Positions 13,938 through 26,594 of a stretch of DNA of 64,000 bases are shown piece by piece (within the stretch, counting starts at the first letter, position 1; each line of letters starts with the position of its first letter). The notes under the pieces are model-generated. The model did not search any database. It was not told where the DNA came from and was given only the letters and a program-made list of their open reading frames with translations. The stretch covers positions 10,189,231-10,253,230 of the forward strand of contig MU054187.1 in the NCBI GenBank assembly GCA_013239625.1, given 5' to 3'. Made by a program: the position numbers and the translations under genes. Source of the stretch: Lama guanicoe (lineage: Eukaryota).

Positions 13938-15152
13938 TTTTTTTCTTAAACTTTTAATTTTGAATTAATTGTAGATTCACATGTAGTTGTAAGAAACAAT
14001 AGAGAGAGTTCCTGTGTATCCCTCAACCCATTTCCCCAACAGTAACATCTTGTACAACTATCACACAACATCACACCAGGATACTGACATTGGTACAGCC
14101 AAAATACAGGACATTCCATCACCACAGGGATCCCTCATGTCGCCCTTAAATAGTCCCACTCACTTCCCTCCTCCAACCTCCAATTTGAAGCCCTGGCAAC
14201 CACTAATCTATTATCCATTTGTATAAATTTGTATTTAAGACTGATTTTTAAAATAAGAGCTTTATTGAGATATAACTCACACATTTGATAGTTCTTCTTT
14301 TTAAAGTGTACGATTCAGTGGTTTTTAATAGATTCAAAGTTATGCAACCATACCACTATATAATTTTAGAATATTTTCATCATCCAAAGAAGAAATTTCA
14401 TATCCTTTAGGTATCAGCTCCCCAGTGCCCTCAATTCCCTCAGCCATAGGCAACCTCTCGTCTGCTTTCTGTCTCTATAAATTTTGGACATTGCATGTAA
14501 GTGGAATTGTGTAATATGTGGTCTTCTGTGACTGGCTTCTTGCAGTTAGCATAGTGCTTTTAAGGTTCATCAATGTGTAGCAAATATCAACACTTCATTC
14601 TTTTTTTTTCAATTGAGATGTAATTCATTTAAAAATGTACAGTTCCATGGTTTTTTAGAGTATTTATAATGTTGTGCAATCATCATCACTATCTAATTCT
14701 AGAACTTTCCCATCACCCCCAAAAGAAACATTGTACCTGTTAATAGTCATTCCCAATTCCCCTCTCCCTTCATCCTCTGGAAACCATGAATCTACATCCA
14801 GTTCCTATGGATTTGCCTATTCTGGACATTTCATATAAATGGAATGATATGTGGCTTTTTGGGTCTGGCTTATTTCACTTAACACATTTTTGTTGTAGCT
14901 TGTCTTGTACTTATTATAGCTGAATAATATTCCATTTTATGGATATGCCACTTTTTGTTTATCCTTCAGTTGGTGGACATCTGAGTTGCTTTTACTTTTT
15001 GGCTATTATGAAAAATGCTGCTATGAACATTCATGTACACATTTCTGTGTGGATATGTTTTCATTTCTCTTGGTTATATACGCAGGAGTGGAATTTTGGG
15101 GTTGCATGGTAACTCTATGTTTAACTTTTTGAGGAAATGCTAAACTGTTTTT
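13938..15152 (-). mobile_element. Stack of three L1 3' ends (L1MC/MD-type ~13938-14230; L1MB-type ~14245-14600 and ~14601-15152)
   Basis: Three successive poly(T) starts, each followed by L1 3' UTR consensus (ttgtagattcacatgtagttgtaagaa; gctttattgagatataactcac; aattgagatgtaattcattt...tctggacatttcatataaatggaat). Confidence 0.85.
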
Positions 15153-16530
15153 AATCCTATTTTAACTTGGTGGTTTCCTTTGCTTTGCAATTAAATTTTT
15201 AAGTTCATTTGTTTTAAGCTTAGTTACTGTTCCTTTTCAAAAGTCTCGACTTGTCTATTTTCTTTATTCACTGCCCTCTGTTTGCCCTTGGATTTAAGTC
15301 TCTTACTCTTTGGCCATAATGGCTGTTCACTGTTACAGAAAGATAACTTTCGAGTTCTGTATATTTACCTCTGTTTCCTTCTCCTGTTTATCTATTCTAG
15401 GCTTCTTTCTTTGATGAATTTAGTATCTGTATCAACCCTCTTGGCCCGTGACAAATTTAAGAAAACTTTATCACCAAAAGGTAGTTTTTCTTAAAGCTCC
15501 TTTTTGGTTTTGTGGTGAAGGGGCACCTGTAATACACATTTCAATAATAAGTCTACCATGTTGTCCCCCCTTAGGCTCCACGCGACAGAAACTCCACAGT
15601 TCTAAGAATATAACATTAATAATGGCTCTGCTAACCTGCTATAAACAAGCATTGAATAAGAGAAAGATTTTGCGATGTAAGTGTAACTCTATTGGTTTCC
15701 TTTATTTTGCTTACAGGGTATAAAAATTTGTAATATAAAAATTAGGAAAAAGAGTAGCAAGTATTGAAATCAAAAATGATGGCCCTCTGTTTTTCCACAT
15801 AATTAAATGATTTTCAGTTTAAAAGACAAAAGCCCACAATCTTATTGTGTATTTTGCATCTTAAAAATGTCTGCCAGCCAGCAGTTATATGTTGAGATAA
15901 TGAATACAAGTATCAGTTATGTATTGAGATAATGAGTTCATTTGAGCAATTCTCAAAATAACAAGATAATCGTGCGCCTCTCACCAGTCGATTCAACCAG
16001 GTAGCTTGCTTCTGTGTCACTGTTTTCTGAGCTTTGTGTGTCCAAGACATTCAGGGACTCATTCGCTAAACGGGGAGTGGGGAGCAGCAGTGTGGGCAGC
16101 TGCCAGGGCCATGGTACAGTGAGTCAGGCTCAGCTGATGAGGGTTATACAGCAGAGAAGACAGAGCAGGTGAAATCATCTGATTCTCTAGGCAGGAAGTA
16201 GCACCTGGTTCCCAAGCGAATGGAACCCAGGAGTCTGGAGACCTGGTTATTATTTTTTACAATTCATTTAAAATTTTGAGATAAATGTAGATACACACAT
16301 AATCCTAAGAATTAATACAGAGAAATCCCTTGTACTCTTTACCCAATTTCGTCTAATGGTAGTATCTTACAAAACTGTAGTCTAATATCACAATCAGGAT
16401 ACTGAAATTGATAGTCAAGTTACAGAACCTTTCCATCACTACCAGGACCCTTCCTGATGCCCTTTTATAGCCACGCCCACTTTCCTCTCCTTAACCCCCA
16501 TCAACCACTAATCTGTTCTCCATTTGTATG

Positions 16531-16747
16531 CAGTTGACCCTTGAACAATGTGGGGGCTGAGGCGCCGACCCTCCAAAAGCAGTAGAAAATCCACGTATAA
16601 CTTTACAGCCAGCCCTTGATATCTGCTATTTCACATCCCTGGATTCAGCCTACCGAGGATCACATAGTACTGTAGTTTTATTGAAAAAAAAATCTGGGTG
16701 TAAGTGGGTCCTCATCATTCAAACCCATGTTATTTAAGAGTCAACTG
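16531..16747. mobile_element. Tigger2/MER8-family MITE nested in the L1
   Basis: Terminal inverted repeats (TIRs) cagttgacccttgaacaa ... ttatttaagagtcaactg; TA on the right flank, TG on the left. Confidence 0.88.
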
Positions 16748-18080
16748 TAATCTGTCACTTCAAGAACATTATATAAATGAAATCGTACCGTATGTGTCTA
16801 TTTGGGTTTGGTTTTCCATTCAGCATAACTCTCTGGAGGTTCGTTCACATTGTGTGTTTCCATAGTTTGTTCCTTTTTTTTTTTTTTGCGGAGTATAGTT
16901 TTTTGTAATTTGCCCATTGAAGGATATCGTGATTGTTTCCAGTTTTTGCCTATTATATATAAAGCTGCTATAAATGTTTGTGTACAGATTTTTGAGCAAA
17001 CGTAAGTTTTAATTTCTCTGGGATAAATGCCAGGAGTGCAATTACTGGGTTACATGATACTAGCATGTCTAGTTTTAAAAGAAACTAGTTTTCAAGAGTA
17101 GCTCCATCATCTTGTGTTCCCACCAGCAATGTGTGTGTCCAGTTTTTCCGCATCCTCCCAGCGTTGGCTGGTGGGTCAGTCCCTCTCTCTCTCCGCCTGT
17201 GTGTATGCATATAATTTTAGCCGTTCTGTTAGGGAATGCTCATTGTGGTTTTAATTTGAATTGCTCTAACGGCATCTTTTTTTGTGTGTGGTTTTTTTTT
17301 TCTTTGCCATCTGTATACTTTTTGGAGAAATGTTTCTTCATGTCTTTTGCTCATTTTCTAATTGGACTGCTTGCATTTTTATTGTCAAGTTTTGAATTTA
17401 TATATTTCAAATATGAGTCCTTTATCAGATATATGACAAAATTTGTAGCTTGTCTTTTTCTTCTTCACAGAGTCTTTCACACAGCAACATTTTACATTTT
17501 GATTAAGTTTTATAATGTCCAGTTTATCAACTTTTCCTTTTATGGAGCATGGCTTTGGTGTCAGGGCTAAGGACTCTTTGCCTAGCTTTAGATCCTGAAA
17601 ATTTTTTCCTAAAAGTTTTGTAATGTTACACTTTGCATTCAAATCTGTGATCCATTTTGAGTTAATATTTGTAGAAGGTATGAGACTTAGGTTGAAGTTT
17701 ATTTATTCGCCTATGGAAGTCCCCTTGCTCCAGCACCATTAGTTGAAAAGTCTGTGTTTCCTCCATTGAATTGTTTTTGCACCTTCGGTGAAAATCGCTT
17801 GGGCATATTTGTGTAGCTCTGTTTTTGGGTCTTCTGTTCCGTTTATCTTTGTCAATCCGTCCACCAGCACTACATATTTTTGATTACTGTAGATACATAA
17901 TAGGCCTTAAATTTAGGTAGAATGATTCTTTTACAAAATAGTTTTAGCTCGTCTAGTTCCTTTGCCTTTTCATATAAATTTTGGAATAATTTTACCTATA
18001 CCTACCAAAAGTTTTGCTGGAATTTTTATAGAAATTGTGTTAAAACTATATATAAATTTTGGAGGAATTGACATTTTCCT

Positions 18081-18201
18081 TCCTTTTTTTGTGTAATAGA
18101 CTTTATTCTTTTAGAGCAGTTTCAGGTTCACAACAGAATTGAGCAGAAAATACACAGAGTTCGCACATAGCCCTCCCCACCCACACGTATATACTCCGCT
18201 A
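18081..18201 (-). mobile_element. ~120-bp 5'-truncated L1 (L1MC-type) nested in the L1
   Basis: aatagactttattcttttagagcagtttcaggttcacaacagaattgagcag; imperfect TSD gacattttcct (18070-18080) / gacatttttct (18202-18212). Confidence 0.8.
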
Positions 18202-20162
18202 GACATTTTTCTGTATTGAGTCTTCCAATCCATGAATATGGTGTCTCTCCATTTATTTAGGTTTTGTTTGATTATTTCATCAATATTTTGTAGTTTTCAG
18301 CATATAAGTCCTATACGTGTTTTGTCAGATTTACTCCAAAGTGTTTCATTTTTTGAGTAATTATAAATCGCATTGTATTTTTAACTTCAACACCCATGTG
18401 TTCATAGCTAGTATATAGGAATGCAGTTGATTTGTGTGTTTATCTTGTATCCTGTGATCTTGCTGAACTCACTTATTAGTTCTGTTTTCCTGTAGTTTCC
18501 TTGGGATTTTCTATGTAGACAATTATGTCATATGCAAATAGGAAAATTTTATTTATTCATCTCTGATCTGTATGTCTTTTATTTCCTCCTCTTCTGCTTC
18601 AGCACTATGTTAATTAAGAGTTGAGAGTGGACATCCTTAACCTTGTTCTTGATCTTAAGGAGAAGCCATTGGTCATTTACCATTAAGTGTAATGTTTGCT
18701 GTAGGATTTCTGTAGGTGTTCTTTATAAAACTGAGGATGTTCCCCTCTATTCCTCTTTTTCTGGGTGTTTTTATCATGAATGTCTGTTGAATTTTGTCAC
18801 AGTCTTTTTCTGTATGAATTGCTAACATTATGTAGACTTTGTTCTTCTTTAGCTTGTTAATATGGTTAAATTCAAATATTAAACCAGGCTTGCATCCCTG
18901 AAATAAACCCCACTTGGTCATGCTGTAGAATTATTTTTAGAGATTGCTAAATTCTATTTGCTAATATTTTATTAAGGATTTCTGAATCTATTTTCTAGTG
19001 TTTTTTTTTTTGTCTGATTTTCTCTTTGTTTGATTTTGGTATTAGGGTAATAGTAGCGTTATAAAATGAATTGAAAATGTTCTTTCCTATTTTCAGAAAG
19101 AGATGTTGTAGAATTGGTGTTAGTTCTTCTTTAAACATTTGGTTGAATTCTTCAGTGAAATCATCTGGGTCTGGAGATTTCTTTGTTTTTGAATTTTAGA
19201 ATTATGAATTCAGTGTCCTTAGTGTAGTAATAGAGATATTCAAATTACTTATTTCATAATGGATGAATTGTGGTATTTTGTGTTTTCCAACTTACCGGTA
19301 CATTTTGCCGAAGTTGTCACATTTATATGTGTAGAATTATTCATAGTATGCTCTTACCGTCCTTTTGATATCTGCATAGTCTGCAGTGATATCCCCCTTT
19401 CATTCCTAATATTGGTAATTTGTATCTTCTTTTTCCTTTGTCTCTCTTGATAGAACTTTAATTTCATTGATCTTTTCAAGAACCAGCTCCCTATTTCACT
19501 CTCTAATGATTTTCTGTTTTCAATTTCATTGATTTTTGCTCTTATCCTATTACTTCCTTTTTCTTGCTCTGGCTTTATTTTCTATTGTTTTCCTAGGCTC
19601 TTGAGGTGAGAGCTTAGATTACTGTTTTGAGAGTTTCCCTCTTTTCTAATGTATGCATTTACTGCTGTAAACATTCCTCTTAGCATTGTTTTAGCTGTGA
19701 CTTACAAATTTTGGTATGTTATATTTTCATTTTCATTTAATTCAATGTGTTGAATTGAATGGCTTCCACAAGGACACTAGGACTAGTGACCCCACCCCAC
19801 TCCACTGTCCTCCTTTTTTTTTCCCTCTCTGGTTGCTGCCCTGACTTAGATGGGAAATGTATGATTAAGTCGTGGAGGGGTAGCAAGGTGAGGGCAAGTT
19901 GACAGCCATAAACAGCGAACATGAGAGAGGCGTGGAAAGGGTAGCAGAGGCACAGAAATCGAGAGTCATCTGCATGCATGAAGCTGGCCTGGTGTAGGAG
20001 GGAGAAGCCTTTCCCCCCATCATTGGTGAAATAGATCCTGATCTTAATTGATGCTCTTGCTCTAAAATCAATTACCCTCATTTGATAGTCATCATACATG
20101 CCTCTTCCTTTTTTCTGTGGTTATACTGCATTCTCCTCTTCCTTGGGAATTTAGCTTGGGTC

Positions 20163-20230
20163 CTAGTGTTGCCGTGGATGGCTGTACAGATCGCGCACTG
20201 CCAAACTCCAGGTGGCACCATTCATATCCT
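20163..20230 (+). mobile_element. hAT MER91-like fragment
   Basis: gctgtacagatcgcgcactgccaaactccaggtggcaccattcata resembles the MER91 5' end. Confidence 0.5.
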
Positions 20231-20297
20231 TGTGAGATGAACTGACAAGTCATTTCCCAGAAATCTTTCCCTGTCATAATCACTGGATTCTCATTAT

Positions 20298-20460
20298 TCC
20301 CATTCATTTGCAAATATCTAAAGAGCTATTTAGTGCCAGGTACTGGGGATTTGGCAATGAACAAGACAAATAGTTTCTACCCTTGACACTGGTACAGGAA
20401 GAGACAGATGATTACCACCTGAACAAATAAACTAAGTTTAGGAGTTATAAAGAAGTTGCA
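20298..20460 (-). mobile_element. L2 3' end
   Basis: cattcatttgcaaatatct...gtgccaggtactggggat...aatgaacaagacaaa. Confidence 0.7.
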
Positions 20461-21514
20461 CATATGCAGGTGAGGTAAAATGTTTGGGAGATAACATTCT
20501 TATGTTCTCCAATAATACACAGGGCCATAGTCTATAAACAACAGATGTTCTGTACTTTAACAATTCCCCCCTTTTCTTTTTGAATTTTGAGAGCAGTCAA
20601 TATGTTGTGTGTATGCAATGGATTTTTAATACAAGGTAGTAGAGTTAACAATTTTAGTTTTTGCATTTGTCCTACCAGGATGAAATGGTATTTTTAAGAG
20701 AAGATGAATATGAATTGCTCAATACTTCGAGTGGGAATAGTTTGAAAATTTTATTATTACATAATATTTATAAAATTAAGGCTATTTTTGTGGGTTTGGT
20801 AGTGATGGAGAGGCAGATTTTACAAATTTACTACATTCTTGACATTTGTGAGGCAGATTTTCCAAGACTAGGAGAGTCTTCATAATCACAAACTTCACTA
20901 GGTCTCATAATTTTCCCATAAAACATAGTGAAATATAACTGAAATATTTAAATATCTTTTGTATCTTTAATGGTTTTCTATAAGTAATTTGTAGGGTTAT
21001 TCTCTGGCTAAGAACCTTCATTTCCTTAGGCTTCTTCACTTTTGTTACCAGTACCAGCAGTTGGTTTTATTTTAAGAGCCTTAAAAAAAAAAACCCTACA
21101 AAGTCAAGGTTAAAAAAAAAAAACTATGAAAGTCATTGCATTCTTGACAATAGAAAAATATCAGAACATATTAAGATGTTGGTCCATGAGTTTGGCCCAC
21201 TCCTGGGATAAGAACCCACTTGTATGCTAGCCTCAGAGGGCTTACAATTTCAATGAAGCCCTCAGAAAATGAGAAATCACTAAGAGTCATCAACCATCAG
21301 AGTCACTGAAAAGTATTGAAACAGAGGATGTTAAATCGACAGATGCTAAAGGTCTTTGGTACCTTAATCACAGATCCATAGCAGGAGGGCAAAATGCAAT
21401 CACTTGCTCGTCTTTTTCCTGCCATAGCATACGTGGGATCACTTTGATGGGGAAGACAAGTGATGTAGAATTTTCCAACCTGACTATTACATGAAGAACT
21501 ATTCTGGAACACCA

Positions 21515-21720
21515 TCAGTTGGATTTTTAGTCTTTTGCCACGTATCAGCTATATGGCTGGTTCATAATTTGTCAGAAATTCATAAATGCTCTGAATCTCA
21601 GGTTCTTTCTCCTTAATGAGGGTTGGTAATGCCAACCTCTCAGGGTGGAGTAAAGATAAACTGGGCCAGGGCTTTGAGAGGTCTTCATAAACATGAAAGC
21701 AACCGACAGAATCATGATGG
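21515..21720 (+). mobile_element. MIR SINE
   Basis: ctctgaatctcaggttctttctccttaatgagggttggtaatgccaacctctcaggg is a degenerate MIR core. Confidence 0.6.
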
Positions 21721-21841
21721 TGTTAGCATTTAATTAGGTGTCGCCAGCTTCACATTCCCAGTTTTGTTCCTTGAGCAGAATAAAAACACATGGGAAGCAC
21801 AGGCTAGCTGAAATGAACACTGTGTAAGGGGTTTAACTTAC

Positions 21842-21943
21842 TTCTTTTACAAACCACTGACAAAAGGCAGGACCAATCCATTCTCTTGCATGAATACCGC
21901 AGTCTATCCAGACAGCTCTTTTGTAAGCTCGTGATCTGCCCAG
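21842..21943 (-). CDS. CPA6: CPA6 exon 6 (zinc ligands): [34 protein letters not shown]
   Basis: Acceptor cttgttttcag|CTG and donor GAA|gtaagt; 102 nt. GIHAREW carries the His69/Glu72 zinc ligands (bovine CPA1 numbering). Confidence 0.98.
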
Positions 21944-22499
21944 CTGAAAACAAGAGTATTCATAGTAACTAATGCAGCCTTTTATTTCTGGATTCACTGA
22001 CTAGCATAATTTAATGTTTTCAGCATAGTACTTCACCAGAGTTTGGTTCATTAGGTAACCCATTAAAAAAGACAGAGATTTCCTATCGATTTCAGAAGTC
22101 CAGGCTTGTTTATGCAGAAACAATAAATTTATTACCTTATTACAAATCAGAGACGTGGAGCACACACAAGGAAAAGGCAATTCCTAAAATAGGTTTGCTT
22201 CTCCATTTTAATATAATACATGATGGTTAAGAAGCTAAGTTTCTTCCCTTTCTCTCCCCTCTGCACCGCATGCAAGGACTCAGAAACATTCCCAAGCAAT
22301 ATCAAAGAAACAGCTATGTCTTATAGGTGGACAAATCAAATTTTTATTACAATACAAAGTGGAAACACAAAACTACTTCATTTGTAGAACCAAGCGATGG
22401 ATTTTTCTTTATAATCCTATTATATCACTGTCACTTAGAATGTGATTTCTAACCCAGTAATCAGTTGAAATTTTATTTACTATATAGTAAATCTAGTTT

Positions 22500-23690
22500 T
22501 CATTCACTAATTCACTCAACTAACACTTCAGGAAATCCTTTTTAATGTCAGACACAGTGCTCAGCCCTGGAGATTCAGAGATGTGAAGACAAGGAGTTTA
22601 TATGCTAATGATGAGGGCAGACACAGGCAATTCATCATTATAATATAATATGCATAAGTTATTTTGGGAACATGGGGGTGCTACGTCTAATTTTCCTGGG
22701 GAACAAGATAAGCTTCTAAGAGGAGCACTTGAGTAGTTGAGCAAGACTTTAAGCTTGCCTGGCAGACACGTGGAAGGAGGCAGCTCAAGCTTGGCAGGGA
22801 GTCTGAGCACACTACTTGAGGAGCTGCTTCCGGGGTATGAGGAAAGAATGGCAGGTGCAGCTGGACACAGAAGCAGAGGACACAGGAAATTCCTGGATTG
22901 TACATAAAAGAGAGAAGGCTTCATCCTGTGTCCCCAGGGAGAGGCGTCTGCTTGCGTGAGAGAGGGGATGGAGGAGGGCGGGGGGAGAGTGCTCCTTGAC
23001 ACGGACGGACGCAGTGTAGACGTGGACGAGAGGATAGAGGATGGGGACTCGAGGAGGTTGAGTGCTGAGGCCATTATTGCAATAGTCCACGGAGAAGAGA
23101 TGCAGAAATAAGCGAGGGCAACAGCAGCAGGACAAGAGCAGAGGTGGTGACAAATCCGAAAGATAGAAGGAAAAGTTGTCAGTTCTTCATAATAGATTGA
23201 AAGGAAGTGGATAAAATAAAGGAGAGGAATTGAGGATGATTCTCAGGTTTCCTGACTCGGAGCGCCATTCAGAGTCGGAGGGCTTCCGTGGGTATCGAGA
23301 TGAAATGTCAAGGAGGCAACGAGACATGAATCTACAGCTCTAGGCAGCCGACTCCACTGAACAGGAATGACTGCTGAAACCATGGGGTGGATGTGCCCAT
23401 CTGGAGAGGGTTGGAAGAGTGAGCACAGATGGAGAGAGAATCCCGGATTTACCAGGACATGAGGAAAGGACAAGGGGAGAGGAGCCAGTGACTGAGACCC
23501 CAGGGGATGGTCAGAGCCGAGAGGAGCGCCGCCTAGGGCCGTCGTAGATGTTTTAGAGAGCTGTGGGCAAAGGCCAGTGCGTCAAGGTCTGAACGGGAAA
23601 TGAGGAAGTTGAGACGGATATAGAGAAATCTTTTTAGATGTTTGGCCGAGAAGGGATGGAGAGCTGCAGAGAACACGGGCTCAAGGGCTG
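22500..23690 (-). mobile_element. L2 LINE 3' region
   Basis: cattcactaattcactcaactaacac...cagacacagtgctcagccctgggagattcagagatg, followed by a purine-rich L2 body (gaggatgattctcaggtttcctgact). Confidence 0.8.
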
Positions 23691-24011
23691 GGAGTAACAT
23701 ATACTTTCTTATACATTTATGTAGTTTTGCCTTGGTTCATTGTAAGCAGCACCAACTCACAAATAACTCTGGAGATCATTATTTTTTCAGTGCATCAGTC
23801 ACTCTGAATATGTTAGAAACAGTATTAACGGGAACACTCAATGGCAAAAACTAAATATGCCTCAGAAACTCAAGGAAATTTTTTTCTGAAATTACCAGAC
23901 GATGTTAACTAGGAGACACTATGAAAGACCAGTTCATTTCTTCCCCCGTAAATCAAAGCTGAAAAAGATGAATGTTTAGTAAATATTTAGTTAGTAATTT
24001 CTTCTTTTTAC

Positions 24012-24113
24012 CTTTAAAACAAAGAGAGATCTTCCCTCATATGATTTCCCAATAGAGAACATGTGAATGAGGCCTGAATGAGTTTTATTCAGATGGTGCA
24101 TCCAATGTTGAAT
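24012..24113 (-). CDS. CPA6: CPA6 exon 5: [34 protein letters not shown]
   Basis: Acceptor ttgcttttag|ATT and donor AAG|gtaaaa; 102 nt; IGxSYEGR motif of M14A carboxypeptidases. Confidence 0.97.
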
Positions 24114-25786
24114 CTAAAAGCAAATAAATAAAAACCGTATCAGACTCACAATTATGGAGCTTTTAGTAAACAAAACGTAACACAAAGACAACGGTAGGTC
24201 TCAGAATTCAAAAAGCATGCATGAAGTATAAAATTGAATGAAAACCCAATTTTGTAGTTTTAATTTTATTCAGGATACTTAAAACCACATTTTACTTTTA
24301 TGCTTTTATAAATAGTAGCTTAATGTCTTTATATTGCTCCCTTTTATAAATTGTCATTGACATCTTGATGGCAGAATCTGAAGAAAATTAATGTGTTCTG
24401 GGTTCTTTCTGAAAATCAAAATTTATTTCCATTTTCCTCCAAGTATTTAAGGGGAAAAGAAGTCAGCTTCAGGAAAACCACCCCAATTCTTTGAAAGTGC
24501 TTATTAGAAGTCTCGCATATTATCATTTGCCACCAGATAAAAGATGCTAAGAAAAAGGCATTATCTTTTCGCACTTCATGGTAATTCTGTTCAGCCACAC
24601 ATCGGAGGGCAAGCTCTGACTAATTCCCCCAGTAATATTTGCATTGATCCATTCACACACATTTATCTGTCTTCAGGAAAAGGTATATTTGAGATGGAGA
24701 AATAAGGCACTTAGAAAGATGGATGACATTTCTGACTTAAAAGCCCAGTAAAGGAGTAAGGAAATCACACAGAAGTGTCCCACTGTTTCCCTGATGTGAA
24801 AAAAGCCTATCCTGAAAAAACAGATTTTGGAAGGTATCCATATTTTTTTTCTTTCTATTTTTATGTAGTCTAAAGAGCAAGATGCACACACGTTTGTGTA
24901 TATGCACATATGTGTGTTTATGTATGTATATATACGTATCTGTTTTAATATACTTTTACATTTTGACTTTTTCCTAGTGCGTGTTAATAGCACTTTGAAG
25001 TGTCAAGTTATCTAAAGCTTTTCCACTGCTTCTAATTTCAAGCTTCTAAAAAGTAAGTTAAAAACATGAACAAGCTTCTAAAAAGTATGTTAAAAACATA
25101 AACTATGTGCCAATAATTTTGAAAGAAAAGTTGTTATCAAGAGAACCAAAGATTCTCTTAAGAATGTCACAGGAGCTCAGTAATTCTATGACTGGCATTC
25201 CTTTGCTCAGTTCAGGGGAATAAAGAAAAAAATGTATGTACGCATTCATTCATTCATCCCCTCAACAACTATCTATTTGGAAGCCTCTATTTGCTTGCCC
25301 TGGGGTAGAGTGGTGAAGGAGACAGCGGTGGCCTGCCCGCGTGGCACTGGCAGCTTTTTCAGAGTGAGAGGTGTTGCTCAAATAATCATACAATTCCTTA
25401 ATTAAAAACCATGGTGGGCACCACATCCACGCACTATGAGTGCAAGTTAATACTCCGGGGGTTGGGGACAGGGAGTTCTGACCCCGTCTGGGAGAGCAGA
25501 AACAGCCATCCTCTTGCTCAGGATGCACAGGAAGAATGACTGGTTTTTACCCAGGCGTACAGGAGTGGGAGTGGGATGGGTCGCTGAGTTTTCCTGGTGG
25601 AATAAATATCCGCGAGCTCAAAGACCCTGCGGTGCCACAAATGTAGCTTGGTTTTGGGGAGGTCTCAGCTTTTTAGAGGGTGTGGGGCACACAGCAAAGT
25701 TCACTCCAGCCCTCAGCCAAACCACTGCCCTCCAACTCTGGCTCACTCCACCTTCCACGGATTTTTCATGAAGGTGTTGGTAATTG

Positions 25787-25915
25787 CAGCTGGCCCTCCG
25801 TATCGGCAGGTGCAGAATCCGCGGGTCCGGAGGGCGGACTGTACTACAGCCACTGCACACAAGGGACCTGAGCATCTGCAGGTTTTCGTATCGTGCAGAT
25901 ACCGAGGGCCGACTG
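25787..25915. mobile_element. Short Tigger-family MITE (MER2/MER8-like)
   Basis: TIRs cagctggccctccgtatc ... gataccgagggccgactg followed by TA; internal TIR-like copy ggagggcggactgta. Confidence 0.8.
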
Positions 25916-26177
25916 TATAGCCACTTTACTGCACTCTTCTGTTGCACTTCCCCGTCCTTTGTAGGGTGGGTTGGGTAAAGCAGGTGAAGTTAAAATTATT
26001 TTAATACTTCTTATATCTCCGTAAAAGGCTTAGTGGAAGAGAAGTGAGGTGTGTGGGCAATGCCAGTATTTTTCATGTAGTCCCTGCCTCTGTCTTCATG
26101 CTTCTCTCCCCATCCTGAGACCTAAGTGGTGAAAATGCACTTGTGAAAAGGCAACAAAAGCTCCTCGGATTACCTAC

Positions 26178-26292
26178 TTCTTCTAAGGAGTGATAAACTT
26201 CATAATTATATCCAGAGAGGGATCTCCGCCTTCTCTGGGTGGGCAAACTGCTTCCCTCTTCCAGTGCTTTCTGAAGATCTTCTATGAGGATC
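26178..26292 (-). CDS. CPA6: CPA6 exon 4 (end of prodomain, furin site, start of mature enzyme): (K)[38 protein letters not shown]
   Basis: Acceptor aatccag|G and donor GAA|gtaggt; 115 nt; phase continues exon 3. Contains the [11 protein letters not shown] motif of the M14A mature N-terminus. Confidence 0.97.
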
Positions 26293-26594
26293 CTGGATTT
26301 GAAATGATAGACATGATGAACATTAAATGGAGATAGTATAAAAATTGTTCACTATCAAAAGAATATCATGCACCTGTGAAAAAGATAGTAAAGAAAAAAG
26401 AACAGTGGAGACTGACATTTCTAAAAATACCCAGCGTTGGGAAGATAAACATTTTCAGGAAATAAAAACTTAAATAAATGGTGTAATGAATATAAAATGT
26501 AAAATTATCGGCAGATGTTCCCAAGTAATAATGATGCTGATAATAACTACTATTGCTTGAGCAGCTAGGAGAACCAAATGATGGGGTGGCTATG

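Larger units (their letters stand above)
16255..19745 (-). mobile_element. L1MC/MD-type LINE, 3' UTR plus ~3 kb of degenerate ORF2
   Basis: ORFs 17385-17642(-) and 18673-18921(-) give L1 ORF2-like peptides (NTYRNPTANITLNGK). The 3' UTR is of the same type as the copy at 13938. Confidence 0.9.

Noticed and set aside
22598..23153. 158-aa and 113-aa Ser/Pro-rich ORFs
   Set aside because: They lie in an L2 remnant; the composition reflects its C/T bias.
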